A stretch of DNA of 64,000 nt from an uncultured Lentisphaerales bacterium (GTDB lineage Bacteria > Verrucomicrobiota > Lentisphaeria > JABSQK01 > UBA12247): NCBI GenBank assembly GCA_943788985.1, contig CALSSJ010000023.1, positions 1 through 64,000 on the forward strand, in the 5' to 3' direction. Positions 20,539 through 31,208 of this stretch are shown in pieces. The position numbers and the translations under genes were made by a program. A model generated the notes under the pieces. It searched no databases and had not been told where the DNA came from. It was given only the letters and a program-made list of their open reading frames with translations. Each line of letters begins with the position of its first letter. Within the stretch, counting starts at the first letter, position 1.

Positions 20539-20996
20539 GTCTTGCAGACCAGGTAAATGCCGATCTCAAACAAGCCATGCGTGACAAAGATCAAGTGAAA
20601 CTCGCGTCCATCCGCGCGCTACGTGGCGAGATTATCAAGTTCAACAAGAGCGGTGCCGATCAGGAGATCTCAGATGCAGATGTCACTGGCTTTATTAAGC
20701 GTCTGATCAAGCAGCGCCAAGACAGCATCACCATGTTCTCCGAAGCTGGCCGTACAGAGTTGGCCGAGAAAGAGCAGGCGCAAATTGACGTGCTACAGGC
20801 CTACTTGCCCGCAGCTCTTAGCGAAGACGAGCTTGCCGCGCTTGTGGCCCAAGCCGTGAGCGAGACTGGTGCCACCAGCCAGCGCGACATGGGTGGCGTT
20901 ATGAAGGCACTCAAGGGCCTCGTCGCGGCCTCCGGTAAAGATGCGGATAACCGCGTCGTCGCAGCCTTGGTCAAATCCACGCTCGCAGCGTTGTAG
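20535..20996 (+). CDS. yqeY: GatB/YqeY domain protein
   Basis: DLKQAMRDKD, KQRQDSI..F..AGR.ELAEKE, YLP, DMGGVMK. Confidence 0.92.
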   Translation: MSLADQVNADLKQAMRDKDQVKLASIRALRGEIIKFNKSGADQEISDADVTGFIKRLIKQRQDSITMFSEAGRTELAEKEQAQIDVLQAYLPAALSEDELAALVAQAVSETGATSQRDMGGVMKALKGLVAASGKDADNRVVAALVKSTLAAL

Positions 20997-21006
20997 GAGA
21001 ATCGTC

Positions 21007-21639
21007 ATGTATGTAGGTCGCATCGTTTCGATTGCTCGCACTCAAGCTGGCAACGTCGCTGGCATGTATCGCGTCTCCTCCCGGTCCTTCCCGAACCGTC
21101 AGGCCAATCTGCTCGAGAGCAGTGCAGCCATCGTGCCCAAGCCAGGCCATGAGAACGACATTCACAAGAATCCGTACATTGCCTACAGCTGCCTGATGCA
21201 GGTCGGGACCCGGTTGGTGGTGAGCAACGGCTCGCACACCGACCCGATTGCTGGCAAGCTCTCCGACGGAGCTTCGCCACGCGATGCCCTGGCCTCCGTG
21301 CTGCACGGGATGGATTTTGAGCACGATCACCTCTCGACACCGCGCATTGCAGCCATTGTCGACACAGCCGATGAGTGCGGCTATCTCGGCATTGTCCGGG
21401 CGAACGAGCTTCTCGTTCGTTGTCTGCCCATCGGCGCTGGCCAGGCTTGGTACGTGGCCACCTATGAGCACACCGTCCCTGGCGACTACGCAGACGACAG
21501 CTTCGACTGCGCCAGCGGAGATGACGCCTGCGCCTACATCATGGGTCGAGGGGCCTTTGCCGATCTAGAGAGGCCGATCACTGCGGCCTGCGGCGTAGCG
21601 ACAGGAGCCACCAGCTACGACATTGCCGTTCGCGGCTGA
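21007..21639 (+). CDS. purO: Archaeal-type IMP cyclohydrolase
   Basis: MYVGRI, YRVSSRSFPNR, NPYIAY.C, SNGSHTDPI, TPRIA, TYE motifs; AGGAGA RBS. Confidence 0.9.
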   Translation: MYVGRIVSIARTQAGNVAGMYRVSSRSFPNRQANLLESSAAIVPKPGHENDIHKNPYIAYSCLMQVGTRLVVSNGSHTDPIAGKLSDGASPRDALASVLHGMDFEHDHLSTPRIAAIVDTADECGYLGIVRANELLVRCLPIGAGQAWYVATYEHTVPGDYADDSFDCASGDDACAYIMGRGAFADLERPITAACGVATGATSYDIAVRG

Positions 21640-21792
21640 CCCGGCGCGCCGCCAGCTTTCATCGGAATCAGGATCTTCTTCTGCGAAGTTTTCGTTACAG
21701 AAAGCGAAGTCTTATCCTTTGACCCGTTGGGCCTGAACCTTCGCTCGGCAAGACCCGCGCCACTGTAACGGGCGTACCCGCTGGTGCAGCAC

Positions 21793-22659
21793 CTACAACC
21801 GGAAGTGGGCCAGCAGTTCACTCTCGGGTGCCGAACCACTCGCAGCGGCCTGTAAAATGCTATCGTAACGCGGCTTGTCCGCGTCTTTGTAGATTAGGCC
21901 AAAGTGCGTATGTGCGGAGTCCGCAAGCCGCATCGCAGCATGATAATCCGTCGGGTCGTGGGCCTCGTTCGCCGCGTCTTTGTAACGCTTGTCGGGTGGA
22001 ATCCCGGCCTCGTCGGTCAGGAATACCGGCCAGCTTCGGTCCCGGTGGTTGAAGGCGTTCGGGTCATAGTGCGGGCAGCGTTGAAACACGTGCACGAACG
22101 AAAAGCCTTGATGCTCTCGCGCAGCAGCGAGCGTATGCGCCAAATGATCGCTCATCCAGTCCGCGGTATTGGCCACAAACGAGGGCGAGAAGCCCAGCAC
22201 GATACGCAGTGGGTTAATGGGCGGCAGCCAAGTGCCGTCGGGCTGCGTGTTGGTCGGGTGTCCTTGCCGTGTGGTTGGCGAGGTCTGGCTCTTGGTCAAC
22301 GCGTAAAGCTCGTTGTTGAACAACACAAAGACGCAGTTGACGTTCTTGTTGATGCCGTGCAGCAGGTGATTTCCGCCGATGCTAAGCGCGTCGCCGTCGC
22401 CAGACTCGATATACACCTGCAACTCCGGACGGGTCAGGATCAACCCGGTCGCAAACGGAATGGCTCGGCCGTGCAGCGTATGCGCGCCGTAGGAGTTGAT
22501 GTAGTTCGGGACGCGGCCTGAACAGCCAATCCCTGACACGTGGACGGTCTGCTCCGGCGCAATCCCGGACGCGGCCATGTCATTCTTGAGGGCAGACAGA
22601 ATGCCAAAGTCGCCACAGCCTTTGCACCAACGCGGTGCCTCCATAGTAGAATCAGCCAT
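21793..22659 (-). CDS. 2-oxoacid:ferredoxin oxidoreductase beta subunit
   Basis: WCKGCGDF, SGIGCSGR, HGRAIP, GDGD..NN TPP motif. Confidence 0.93.
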   Translation of the reverse strand: MADSTMEAPRWCKGCGDFGILSALKNDMAASGIAPEQTVHVSGIGCSGRVPNYINSYGAHTLHGRAIPFATGLILTRPELQVYIESGDGDALSIGGNHLLHGINKNVNCVFVLFNNELYALTKSQTSPTTRQGHPTNTQPDGTWLPPINPLRIVLGFSPSFVANTADWMSDHLAHTLAAAREHQGFSFVHVFQRCPHYDPNAFNHRDRSWPVFLTDEAGIPPDKRYKDAANEAHDPTDYHAAMRLADSAHTHFGLIYKDADKPRYDSILQAAASGSAPESELLAHFRL

Positions 22660-24460
22660 GTGCCCCCTCCTTTACCGCGTCTACAATTGTGCCCGGGGTC
22701 AGGGGGCGTCCGGTGGCTTGGCCGACCAAAGTGCGGACATCGCAAGCAGTTTCTTGGCGCAGCAGCGCGGCGAACGGCCCTGGATGCCGCGCATCACCGT
22801 ATGCCTGCTCCACCGTAAATACTTGATCATAGCCGTGCAGCACAGAAGTAAGTGCCTGCGGCAGCGGGAAAACCGTATGGAAATGCATACCAGCGATCCG
22901 AACTCCGGCTGCCGCGAGCTCATCCACGGCTTCGTACAACGCCCCGCGTGAGCTTCCCCAACCACATAAAAGAACACCGGCCGCGGTATCGCCGTGGATG
23001 GTAGGCACGGCCAGTGCATCGCGCACCGCATCTAATTTTGCTACGCGCGTCGCGTGGGCCTGCTGTGCGGTCTCCGCACGGTAGGAGATTGATCCCTCGG
23101 AGTCCGTGTTGAGACCAGTAATGCGGCGCATATCCGGCGAGTGCCCGGGCGCGGCCTGATTCGGATGAATCAGCGGTGCGACGGCGAGTGGTTGCAGGTC
23201 GAAGCGCTCCAGAACGTCTGTTGCGATGTCCGCAACATCGTCCAGTTGGCAGCTGCGCATCTCGTTCACCACGCCAAAGCTGTTGGCGACATGAAAGTCA
23301 CTCAGGATGGTGATCGGCGTCCGAAGCGTCTCGGCCAGATAACGCGCCACATGCGGGGCGTAGAAACAGTCGCTGACATTGGCCACGCTAAGAACGATCG
23401 CCGCGTTCTGGCCATGCCTGCCGTGCACGGCAATCTCCAGGTCCGATTGTTCGGTCTTGGTCGGCATCCCGGTCGATGGCCCGGCCCGTTGCACATCCAC
23501 CACCACGCCAGGCAGCTCGGCCATCTGCGCGTAGCCGAGAAACTCCTGCTTGAGACTAAAGCCCGGCCCCGAGGTCACGGTAAAGGACGGCGTACCGCCA
23601 AAGTATGCGCCGAGCATAGCCCCAACAGCCGCAATCTCGTCCTCTGCCTGATGGACCATGCCACCGCACCGCGGGAGATCGTGCGCAAGCGCATGCAGGA
23701 TGGAACTGGCGGGCGTAATCGGGTAGCCGGAAAGAAAGCGGAAGCCAGCGTCAATCGCGCCGGCCGAGATCGCTTGATTGCCATCCAGCAGAATCGGAGA
23801 TTCGAGCCTCTCAGCGCAAACCGGCAGCACGAATCCCAGCGCTGGCGCATGACTCCGCCCGTAATGAAACAGCTCCAGATTAAGCGCAAGTTTTTCGGCG
23901 CTCAGGCGAGAAAAGACTCTGCGAATCGCCTGCACCACGTGGTCCTCGTCAATCCCGTAAACGCCGGAAAGGATGCCCACGTAGTAGAGATTTCGCCCGG
24001 CGCCCTTCAACGATCGAATCAGCGCCTCAGCCTCGGGGACCACCGTAAACAGCTGGACTGAACCTCCCGCTGCGTCGACCTGCCGAATGACGCGGTCATA
24101 GGCATCGCCGTGGCGCTTGCTGTCATGCGCATCCAGCAACACGATCACGTCCGCCGCATACTCGCCATCGAGCATCCGGGTCTCCAGATTCATCTCATGC
24201 TGGGCGAGAATCACCTCTGTGGCATTGCCAATGGATTGGATCGGTGCGCTGGCTATACGAATCACGGCACCGGAAAGAGCCGGGGGCGTGCGCACGGGCG
24301 GGCTGATCTCGGCGGGAATCACTGGCTCGCTGTACACACGGCAACCGTGCCAGGCCAGTGCGCGAATCAGGATGTCACCCGCTTTTTGAGCACCGCAGCC
24401 GGCATCCATGAGTATTTCGAATCGGTGGCTGTGCAAACCACTCGTACTTATATTCGACAT
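22652..24460 (-). CDS. 2-oxoacid:ferredoxin oxidoreductase alpha subunit (gamma-alpha fusion)
   Basis: GYPITPAS, QAEDEIAA, TSGPG, QRAGPSTGMPTKTEQSD. Confidence 0.93.
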   Translation of the reverse strand: MSNISTSGLHSHRFEILMDAGCGAQKAGDILIRALAWHGCRVYSEPVIPAEISPPVRTPPALSGAVIRIASAPIQSIGNATEVILAQHEMNLETRMLDGEYAADVIVLLDAHDSKRHGDAYDRVIRQVDAAGGSVQLFTVVPEAEALIRSLKGAGRNLYYVGILSGVYGIDEDHVVQAIRRVFSRLSAEKLALNLELFHYGRSHAPALGFVLPVCAERLESPILLDGNQAISAGAIDAGFRFLSGYPITPASSILHALAHDLPRCGGMVHQAEDEIAAVGAMLGAYFGGTPSFTVTSGPGFSLKQEFLGYAQMAELPGVVVDVQRAGPSTGMPTKTEQSDLEIAVHGRHGQNAAIVLSVANVSDCFYAPHVARYLAETLRTPITILSDFHVANSFGVVNEMRSCQLDDVADIATDVLERFDLQPLAVAPLIHPNQAAPGHSPDMRRITGLNTDSEGSISYRAETAQQAHATRVAKLDAVRDALAVPTIHGDTAAGVLLCGWGSSRGALYEAVDELAAAGVRIAGMHFHTVFPLPQALTSVLHGYDQVFTVEQAYGDARHPGPFAALLRQETACDVRTLVGQATGRPLTPGTIVDAVKEGAHG

Positions 24461-24478
24461 CGGAGCAGCTGAGTTTGG

Positions 24479-26458
24479 TTAGATCTTAAAGCGAAGTTCT
24501 TGCCGACGAGCCTTGGCGCGATGAATGCGTACGGCCACAATCGCGTCGGGCCTGAAGCTTTCACCGCTGACCAACAGGCCGCGAATCGGGTAATCACACA
24601 GCTCTACCATGTAACCGCCCCTGACGTCGTACAATACTCGCACACGCAGGATCTCGTCACTGAAATTCGCGACTAAAAACTGAATCTGCCAGTAGCGCTT
24701 GGACTGCCCCTCGAGCGCCCGAAGATCAGGCTCGACCTGTTCCGCGCCGCCGATAAAAGACATCAACTCCTCGCTGCTGTGCGTGGGCGAAAAACCCTGG
24801 CACCGTGACGCGAGCTGCCGCTGCACCAGCATGTCAGAATAGCGCCGAATCGGCGAAGTGGCCTGCGTGTATGCAGGCAGGCCCAGGCTCGCATGCTCTC
24901 TCGGACTGACGGACAGACAAGTCCGGTTCATCCCGCGCAGAGTCGATTGTAGATTGGCCGGGTCATACTGCAAGACCCGGCCTTGCGGCACGCCCTGCGC
25001 TCGGTCCTGAATGCGGTACACAAGCGGCGTCTTGGTGTCGATCCCGAACTGAGCCGAGACGCGGTTTGCTAAGATCATAAACTCCCCGACGAGGTCCCGC
25101 GCGGGCGAATCAGCGCCAATGACTCGCACGCTAACGTCCTCTTCACTCACGACAGTAAACTTCAATTCCGGGCGGAGGACGATGAGCGCGCCATCGTTCA
25201 GGCGCTGATCCCGCAGCGCGAGAGCCGCGCGATTAAAGCAGTGGCTCAGCTGCACCAGCGGCTCCGTAGACTCTGCGGACTCCGCAAGATACGAGGCGAC
25301 GTCGTCATAGGTCAGTCGATGATTCACGCGCACAATCGCGGACATGATCTCGTACTCCTCCACGCTGCCGTCCTTCGTCAACTCGATGCGATATACGATC
25401 GCTGGCCGGTCTTGGTCTGCGTGCAGGCTCGCCCGATCGCAGCCCAGCTCTGACGGTAACATGTGGGCAGTACGTGTCGGCAGGTAAATGCTGGTGTGGC
25501 GACGCATGGCGAGATCATCCAAGATTGAACCTGGTGTGATATAGGCTGTCATGTCAGCAATCGCGATTGTGATCGACCAGCCATTCGCGGTTTCGCTAAT
25601 CCCGATTGCGTCGTCGATGTCCGTTGTTTCGGCATCATCGATCGATACCAGCATACACTCACGCAGGTCTTTTCGCCCAGCGGCTGTCGGCGGCTCGATG
25701 GCTTCGACGGCGGCCAAAATATCCGGGGTGAACGTCTCACGAATCCCAGCCAGAGCCAGGTAGCGATCGGTACCGGGCGGCAGTTTCCCCAGCATGCCCA
25801 GTAAGTCCAACGCAGCCTCGCGAAGGGTACGGTCCCCGGCAGCCCTCTTAATCAAAGGCTCCAATTCATCCGCTTCCTGCCAAATCAACGCCGAAAGCTT
25901 TCCCGGCAAACTCTCGATGCTGCTCGGCAATGGCGGAGCTTCCGGAGAATTCAGCGCCAGTTTCATCCAGCGCACCGCGCCGGCCTCCCAGGCTGTCTTC
26001 TCGGCGCGCTTTCGTTCTGCCACACGTTTCTGTTCCACAGTCTGGCGGGTTTGGGCAGTGAACGTCAGCCCACGCTGGCGGAAATAAGCGCTCTGCTTCA
26101 GCAGGACGCGAAGCATGGCCGAGTTTTGTATGGCGGACGCCTCGCCAAAGAATTCTCGGGCCAGGCTCTCGCTGTCCCATTCCTTGGTTTCACTGTCTAC
26201 AGCAGTTTCCCAGACCAGATCCATATCGATCTCGGCCACCATATCGGCGACAGCGGTCATCAGGTTCCGGATGGTCCCGCCCAGCTCGGACTGCGCACAG
26301 GGACCGTGCACGACAGCTACATGCTTGGGCTGAATCTTCTGACGACGGCCCTTCGCATCCGTGGCCTGAAGTTTAGGCCCAATCTGCTGGGTGATCAGTA
26401 CGGGGCGAAGTTTGTCTCCATCGAAATATTCAACAACCCGGCCGCATAGCTCAGTCAT
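24479..26458 (-). CDS. RNB-domain exoribonuclease (RNase II/R family)
   Basis: SIDDAETTDIDDA, EFMILAN, TSPIRRYSD. Confidence 0.9.
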   Translation of the reverse strand: MTELCGRVVEYFDGDKLRPVLITQQIGPKLQATDAKGRRQKIQPKHVAVVHGPCAQSELGGTIRNLMTAVADMVAEIDMDLVWETAVDSETKEWDSESLAREFFGEASAIQNSAMLRVLLKQSAYFRQRGLTFTAQTRQTVEQKRVAERKRAEKTAWEAGAVRWMKLALNSPEAPPLPSSIESLPGKLSALIWQEADELEPLIKRAAGDRTLREAALDLLGMLGKLPPGTDRYLALAGIRETFTPDILAAVEAIEPPTAAGRKDLRECMLVSIDDAETTDIDDAIGISETANGWSITIAIADMTAYITPGSILDDLAMRRHTSIYLPTRTAHMLPSELGCDRASLHADQDRPAIVYRIELTKDGSVEEYEIMSAIVRVNHRLTYDDVASYLAESAESTEPLVQLSHCFNRAALALRDQRLNDGALIVLRPELKFTVVSEEDVSVRVIGADSPARDLVGEFMILANRVSAQFGIDTKTPLVYRIQDRAQGVPQGRVLQYDPANLQSTLRGMNRTCLSVSPREHASLGLPAYTQATSPIRRYSDMLVQRQLASRCQGFSPTHSSEELMSFIGGAEQVEPDLRALEGQSKRYWQIQFLVANFSDEILRVRVLYDVRGGYMVELCDYPIRGLLVSGESFRPDAIVAVRIHRAKARRQELRFKI

Positions 26459-26942
26459 TCCGCCCCAGCGCTATTAACGACTCGCGCTTGTGAAAGCTGC
26501 CTACCTTGGGACCGTAGTCATCCCAAGTGATGTAGGCCATATCGCTGGTGCGCATGTGCGGTGTGCCTGCTCCACCGAGCAGGCCCAGCAGCGCAGAAAC
26601 CTGCGGATTATGCCCGACAATAATCAGGCCAGCGTCCGGACACTCCGCATAGAGACCGTCTAGCAGCTCTAGCAGCCCGTCAAGATCAGCCATTGGCGAC
26701 AGGGCTTCCTGCTTCTCGCCGGGAATATCGGACTGCAGTTCGCGGGCAATTACTTCATAGGTCTGGCGGGCGCGCTTCAGGGGGGAGACCCAGGCATGGG
26801 TATATACGAAACCAATGGTCTTCATGCCGCGAGTCACCGCACGATGCCTGTTTCTACCCTCATCTGCAATGGGCCAATCATGGCTGTCTTCGGGGAAATC
26901 GTCGCGTGCGCTTTTCGCATGACGAAACAGATAGATCTTCAT
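26451..26942 (-). CDS. sixA: Phosphohistidine phosphatase SixA-like
   Basis: RHAKS, SPLKRARQT, VGHNP. Confidence 0.85.
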   Translation of the reverse strand: MKIYLFRHAKSARDDFPEDSHDWPIADEGRNRHRAVTRGMKTIGFVYTHAWVSPLKRARQTYEVIARELQSDIPGEKQEALSPMADLDGLLELLDGLYAECPDAGLIIVGHNPQVSALLGLLGGAGTPHMRTSDMAYITWDDYGPKVGSFHKRESLIALGRND

Positions 26943-27337
26943 CTGGCGGCTCTTTTCGAATGAACAGATTCTGGGATAGGCTCTCGGAAAAATCGGTATT
27001 ATAGCACACCCATCGGAATCTTGCTATAAATTCATTGTCCCAGAAAGGTCACCCTCACGCTCAAAAATCTGGAATTTCTGTCCGCAAGACTGGCCGTGAG
27101 TGAGGGCATTCGTCGGCGAATGCCCGCATGCAGGCGAGATCGTCGGTAGGACCGAAGCACAAACGAAGGGCCTCCAGCAGCCGTTCGGGCCTCCTGGCGT
27201 TGCGGACTCCGCAACCGGATAGCTGGTCTTGCCAGCAAGCCGTCGTCGAATCAGCGGGGTGGTTTCCGCGGTAGGAGGCTGACTAGCAATCGCCTTGAGC
27301 ACGGCGACCTAGTCGTCGAGAGTCTGGCGCTTTGCCG

Positions 27338-27604
27338 TCAGCGATTCAGCAAGAGCCAGATGTGCATAGCGGCGCTGAGCAGGAGTGCGCCCGCCAAACG
27401 CACCAGATAGCGAGTCTTGCGCGTTTTATGGCGAAGCAGCCAGACGCCGAGCAGCGCACCGACGGGGCCGACCACACTCCAACGCAAAAGGCGACCTTCC
27501 GAGACTCGCCGCCCACCAGTTCGCGCCCGGTGCTTGTCGAACACGTGTAGACATAAGCAGATGAGGTTTGCGCTGAGAAGCGCAAGGATGGCGTTGCGTC
27601 CCAT
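27338..27604 (-). CDS. DUF1294 family membrane protein
   Basis: FDKHRA..RRVSEGRL..GPVGALLG..RHKTRK. Confidence 0.85.
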   Translation of the reverse strand: MGRNAILALLSANLICLCLHVFDKHRARTGGRRVSEGRLLRWSVVGPVGALLGVWLLRHKTRKTRYLVRLAGALLLSAAMHIWLLLNR

Positions 27605-27718
27605 CTTCGACGGCTCTCCAGATCCGATGGCAGTAGATGGGCGCACAATACCTGCCCTCGCGGAAGATGGGGACAAAACGATTGGTCGAGCCTTGATCGC
27701 AAGCGTACACTACTGCCC

Positions 27719-27946
27719 ATGGGCACAGATAATGACACCTCTCCGAAGGATTTGACGATCTTGGAGCCAGATCCGTTTGGTGCGGCAGTCTGCGATGGCC
27801 AGGAAGTCGCAAGTGAAAATTCTGGCACGGTAGACATACGCCGGGCCTTTTCCTCGCAGCAGCGAGCGCGAGTCGATACCGACTCGCGGATGGCAGTTTC
27901 CCTGACCGCACTGCTCCTATTGACGGCGCTCGGAGGCGGGATATGA
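27719..27946 (+). CDS. Small hypothetical protein with C-terminal TM helix
   Basis: ATGA overlap with the downstream gene. Confidence 0.45.
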   Translation: MGTDNDTSPKDLTILEPDPFGAAVCDGQEVASENSGTVDIRRAFSSQQRARVDTDSRMAVSLTALLLLTALGGGI

Positions 27947-28527
27947 AACGCTGGGAGTTCTCACTGCCACCAACCGCGCAGAAACTCGAAACCGGCACAC
28001 TGCTGGTAGCCACGCCGGCCCTAGCCGGAAGCTTTTTTGCCAAGAGCCTGATCCTCCTCTGTGAGCATGACGCTGGCGGGAGCTTTGGCCTGGTCCTAAA
28101 CAATCGCCTACCAGTAATGCTCAGCGACGCAATCGATGGGCTGGATGACTGGGACGTTTCGGTCTTTCAGGGCGGGCCAGTACAACCGCACACTCTACAT
28201 TTCCTCCACCGAGCGCCTGACGCAGCAGTGGAGGGCAAAGAGGTCGCCGACGGTATTTTCTGGGGCGGCTCCATGACCGATATGCTGCGCGAAGTGAAGC
28301 TCGGCCACGTAAATCCGAATGATATCCGCTTCATGGTGGGTTACACCGGATGGGGCGAGGAGCAGCTCGCGAGCGAGATGGAAGATGAATCCTGGTTCCT
28401 GTTGCCCGCGACCTCCGACCTGATTTTTGAATCTGACACAGATAAACAATGGAGCACTGCGCTCCGTGCCATGGGACCTGCACATGCTGTATTTTCCAAC
28501 TTCCCCGATGATCCGCGCTGTAACTAG
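27943..28527 (+). CDS. YqgE/AlgH family protein
   Basis: LLVATP, GSFGLVLN, GGPV, GYTGWGEEQL..E. Confidence 0.92.
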   Translation: MKRWEFSLPPTAQKLETGTLLVATPALAGSFFAKSLILLCEHDAGGSFGLVLNNRLPVMLSDAIDGLDDWDVSVFQGGPVQPHTLHFLHRAPDAAVEGKEVADGIFWGGSMTDMLREVKLGHVNPNDIRFMVGYTGWGEEQLASEMEDESWFLLPATSDLIFESDTDKQWSTALRAMGPAHAVFSNFPDDPRCN

Positions 28528-29524
28528 GCTGATTACGCTGCTTTGGCTTGCTGGCTCCCTAGGAGCACAGGAACAAAGGCCCTCTGCAATAGGCAAGGTG
28601 CTAACCTGGCAAAAGGCCAAAGCACGGATGGGAAAACAAGTCACGGTTGAATCCCTCGTCACCACAGCGTTCACCACGCGAGAAGGCACGTTTTTGCGGT
28701 TCTCTGCAGACCCCGCTGGCCTGGTGGTGCAAATCGTGGCGGATACATCGGCACTGCCACTGCCGCGCCCCTTACACGTGGTGCTGGCAGCTCAGACCGT
28801 CCGAGTTCAGGGTAAGGTCACCGCCTCGGATTCCGGGCATCCCCTAATTGTCCTAGATGATCTCCAAAATCTGGAGTGCAAGGCATTGGCCATATTTCTC
28901 CCGCGGCCTGCGGCAGTAACCGCCCCAGAACCAGCTAAACCTGTGAAGCCAGCAAAGCCAGTTCCGCCCCCTCAGGTCGCTGAGCTCATGAAGGTGGCAG
29001 CGGTTGCTGAGCTGCCCATCGCCGACATTGTCACTGTCGAGGAGGCGGCCGCGCCGCCAGAACCGGCTCCCGTAGCCGAGACCGGGGCACCTGCGCCCGA
29101 GCGCGACGCCCGTGTGCTCGACCTGATCGCGCTCGGCGCGGACATCAATGCCACCTCCAAACAGGTTGCCTGGGCCGGGGAGGGCCCCGAGGTTGCGATC
29201 ATCGACGGCAATCCAGCCACCCGCTGGTCCAGTGAGTACGCAGACAATCAATCCGTGACAATCGACATGAAGCGAGCCGTAACAGTCGAGGGAGCCAGCC
29301 TCAGTTGGGAGGTGGCCTCGCCCAAAAACTATGATTTGAAGGTCTCGCTGGATGGCCTGCGCTGGGACGTGGTAAGCACGTGGACGGACGCTACCCGTGG
29401 CCCGCGCCTAGACCAGGCTGACTTCCCCCCCACTGAGGCGCGTTATATCCGACTGCATCTCAAAGAACGCGCGACAGAGTATGGGTTCTCACTCTATGAA
29501 CTCGAACTGTACGGACAGGACTGA
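28508..29524 (+). CDS. Secreted protein: OB-fold-like domain, Pro-rich linker, F5/8 type C (discoidin/CBM32) domain
   Basis: IDGNPATRWSS, LSWE, ARYIRL, YGFSLYE. Confidence 0.8.
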   Translation: MIRAVTRLITLLWLAGSLGAQEQRPSAIGKVLTWQKAKARMGKQVTVESLVTTAFTTREGTFLRFSADPAGLVVQIVADTSALPLPRPLHVVLAAQTVRVQGKVTASDSGHPLIVLDDLQNLECKALAIFLPRPAAVTAPEPAKPVKPAKPVPPPQVAELMKVAAVAELPIADIVTVEEAAAPPEPAPVAETGAPAPERDARVLDLIALGADINATSKQVAWAGEGPEVAIIDGNPATRWSSEYADNQSVTIDMKRAVTVEGASLSWEVASPKNYDLKVSLDGLRWDVVSTWTDATRGPRLDQADFPPTEARYIRLHLKERATEYGFSLYELELYGQD

Positions 29525-30319
29525 ATGAAGATCACGTTCATTGGTGCTGGCAAAATGGCGACAGCTATGGCCGGTGGAATTGTAGAGCGCGGGGTTTGCG
29601 CACCAGCTGACATCATCGGCACCGACGTGCTGCCACGTGCACGCCAAGCCTTCAGTGACGCCACCGGGTGTCAGACGATGGAGGAAAACCACGCTGCAAT
29701 CGCAGAGGCAGATGTGATTATTCTAGCTGTAAAACCACAGGTGGCGCAGATGGTCCTCGCCCCCTTGAATGGCCATTTTCATCACGCGCTGGTGGTTTCG
29801 ATCGCTGCGGGGCTGACGCTACGCTCGCTGATCGAATGGTGCCAGACCAACCGCGTGGTCCGCGTGATGCCGAACACACCCGCACTTGTCGGCCTGGGAG
29901 CCAGCGCCTACGCCTGCGCCGATGGCGTGAAGCAGGCAGACCGAGAAGCCGTGGAACAGATTCTGGGCGCGATTGGCGTCGTGGCTTGCATGGATGAGGT
30001 GCACCTGGACGCGGTAACCGGCCTCTCCGGAAGCGGCCCAGCCTACGTCTTTGAATTTATTCAGGCCATGATTGACGGTGGCGTCGCTATGGGGCTTGAT
30101 GCGGAGTCCGCAAAAACCCTGACTGTCCAGACGTTGGCCGGAGCTGCGGAAATGGTCAGCCGTGGGCTCGGCACTCCGGACGAGCTGCGCAAAGCCGTAA
30201 CCTCGCCCAACGGCACCACCGCGGCAGGCCTCGAGGTCTTGGCAGAAGGCGACCTCCGTGGCTTGATGGCCCACGTGATCAAGCGCGCCACAGAGCGATC
30301 ATTAGAACTGGGCAGCTGA
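29525..30319 (+). CDS. proC: Pyrroline-5-carboxylate reductase
   Basis: FIGAGKMA, LAVKPQ, RVMPNTP, LSGSGPAY, VTSPNGTT. Confidence 0.96.
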   Translation: MKITFIGAGKMATAMAGGIVERGVCAPADIIGTDVLPRARQAFSDATGCQTMEENHAAIAEADVIILAVKPQVAQMVLAPLNGHFHHALVVSIAAGLTLRSLIEWCQTNRVVRVMPNTPALVGLGASAYACADGVKQADREAVEQILGAIGVVACMDEVHLDAVTGLSGSGPAYVFEFIQAMIDGGVAMGLDAESAKTLTVQTLAGAAEMVSRGLGTPDELRKAVTSPNGTTAAGLEVLAEGDLRGLMAHVIKRATERSLELGS

Positions 30320-31011
30320 TGGCCAGTTCACCAGCGCCCCAAATTGATCCCTCCTGGCTGGAAGTCATCGGCGATCAGTTCGACGCGGATTACATGCAGC
30401 AGCTGCGTGCCTTCCTGAAGGAGGAAAAGAAAAGCCATGCCATCTATCCGCGGGGTCCGGACATCTTCAACGCCTTCAATCACACGCCGTTTGATCGCGT
30501 GCGCGTGGTGATTCTCGGCCAGGATCCCTACCACAATCCGGGAGAGGCCCACGGCCTGTGCTTCTCCGTGCAGCCCGGCGTAAAGCTACCGCCTTCGCTC
30601 GTCAACATCTTCAAAGAGCTGGAGACCGACCTTGGCGTTCCTTCTCCCGATCACGGCTGCCTTACCAGTTGGGCGCAGCAAGGCGTCTTTCTCCTGAATT
30701 CCAAACTCACGGTCCGGGCACATCAGGCGAACTCGCACCGAAATCGCGGCTGGGAGACATTCACCACCCGCGCCATTGAGCTACTGAATGAAAAGCGCCA
30801 ACACTTGGTGTTCATCCTCTGGGGAGCTAGCGCGCAGAAAAACGCCACGCTGATCAACGAAGACCGCCATTTAATCTTGCAAGGGCCTCATCCGTCACCT
30901 CTGTCTGCCTACCGCGGCTTCTTCGGCTGCCGTCACTTCTCCATCGCAAACAGCTACCTGCAGGTGCACGGCTACTCCCCCATCGACTGGCGCTTGCGAG
31001 AATCCCAGTAA
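30319..31011 (+). CDS. ung: Uracil-DNA glycosylase (family 1)
   Basis: GQDPYH, PPSL, HPSPLS. Confidence 0.97.
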   Translation: MASSPAPQIDPSWLEVIGDQFDADYMQQLRAFLKEEKKSHAIYPRGPDIFNAFNHTPFDRVRVVILGQDPYHNPGEAHGLCFSVQPGVKLPPSLVNIFKELETDLGVPSPDHGCLTSWAQQGVFLLNSKLTVRAHQANSHRNRGWETFTTRAIELLNEKRQHLVFILWGASAQKNATLINEDRHLILQGPHPSPLSAYRGFFGCRHFSIANSYLQVHGYSPIDWRLRESQ

Positions 31012-31058
31012 TGCAGTTGCCGGTTGCCGGTTTGCAGGCATTGTACCGCTTGATTTTT

Positions 31059-31181
31059 GATCGGCGTCGTTGTTGGCGGGCGTCATGCGATAGGCTTAAT
31101 GTGAACCGAGTCAGGCGGGGAACCGAGCAGCTCTAACGGACAGTCTATGCGCCTGAATTACCTGTTGGCACGACGTCGATC
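31059..31181 (+). ncRNA. ffs: Signal recognition particle RNA (4.5S)
   Basis: Helix-8 core TCAGG-CGG-GGAA-CCG-AGCAG inside a long hairpin closed by GATCGGCGTCGT/ACGACGTCGATC; lies directly upstream of dnaX, a common synteny. Confidence 0.85.
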
Positions 31182-31208
31182 TTTTCTTGCTTTTCGATGC
31201 GGTGATTC

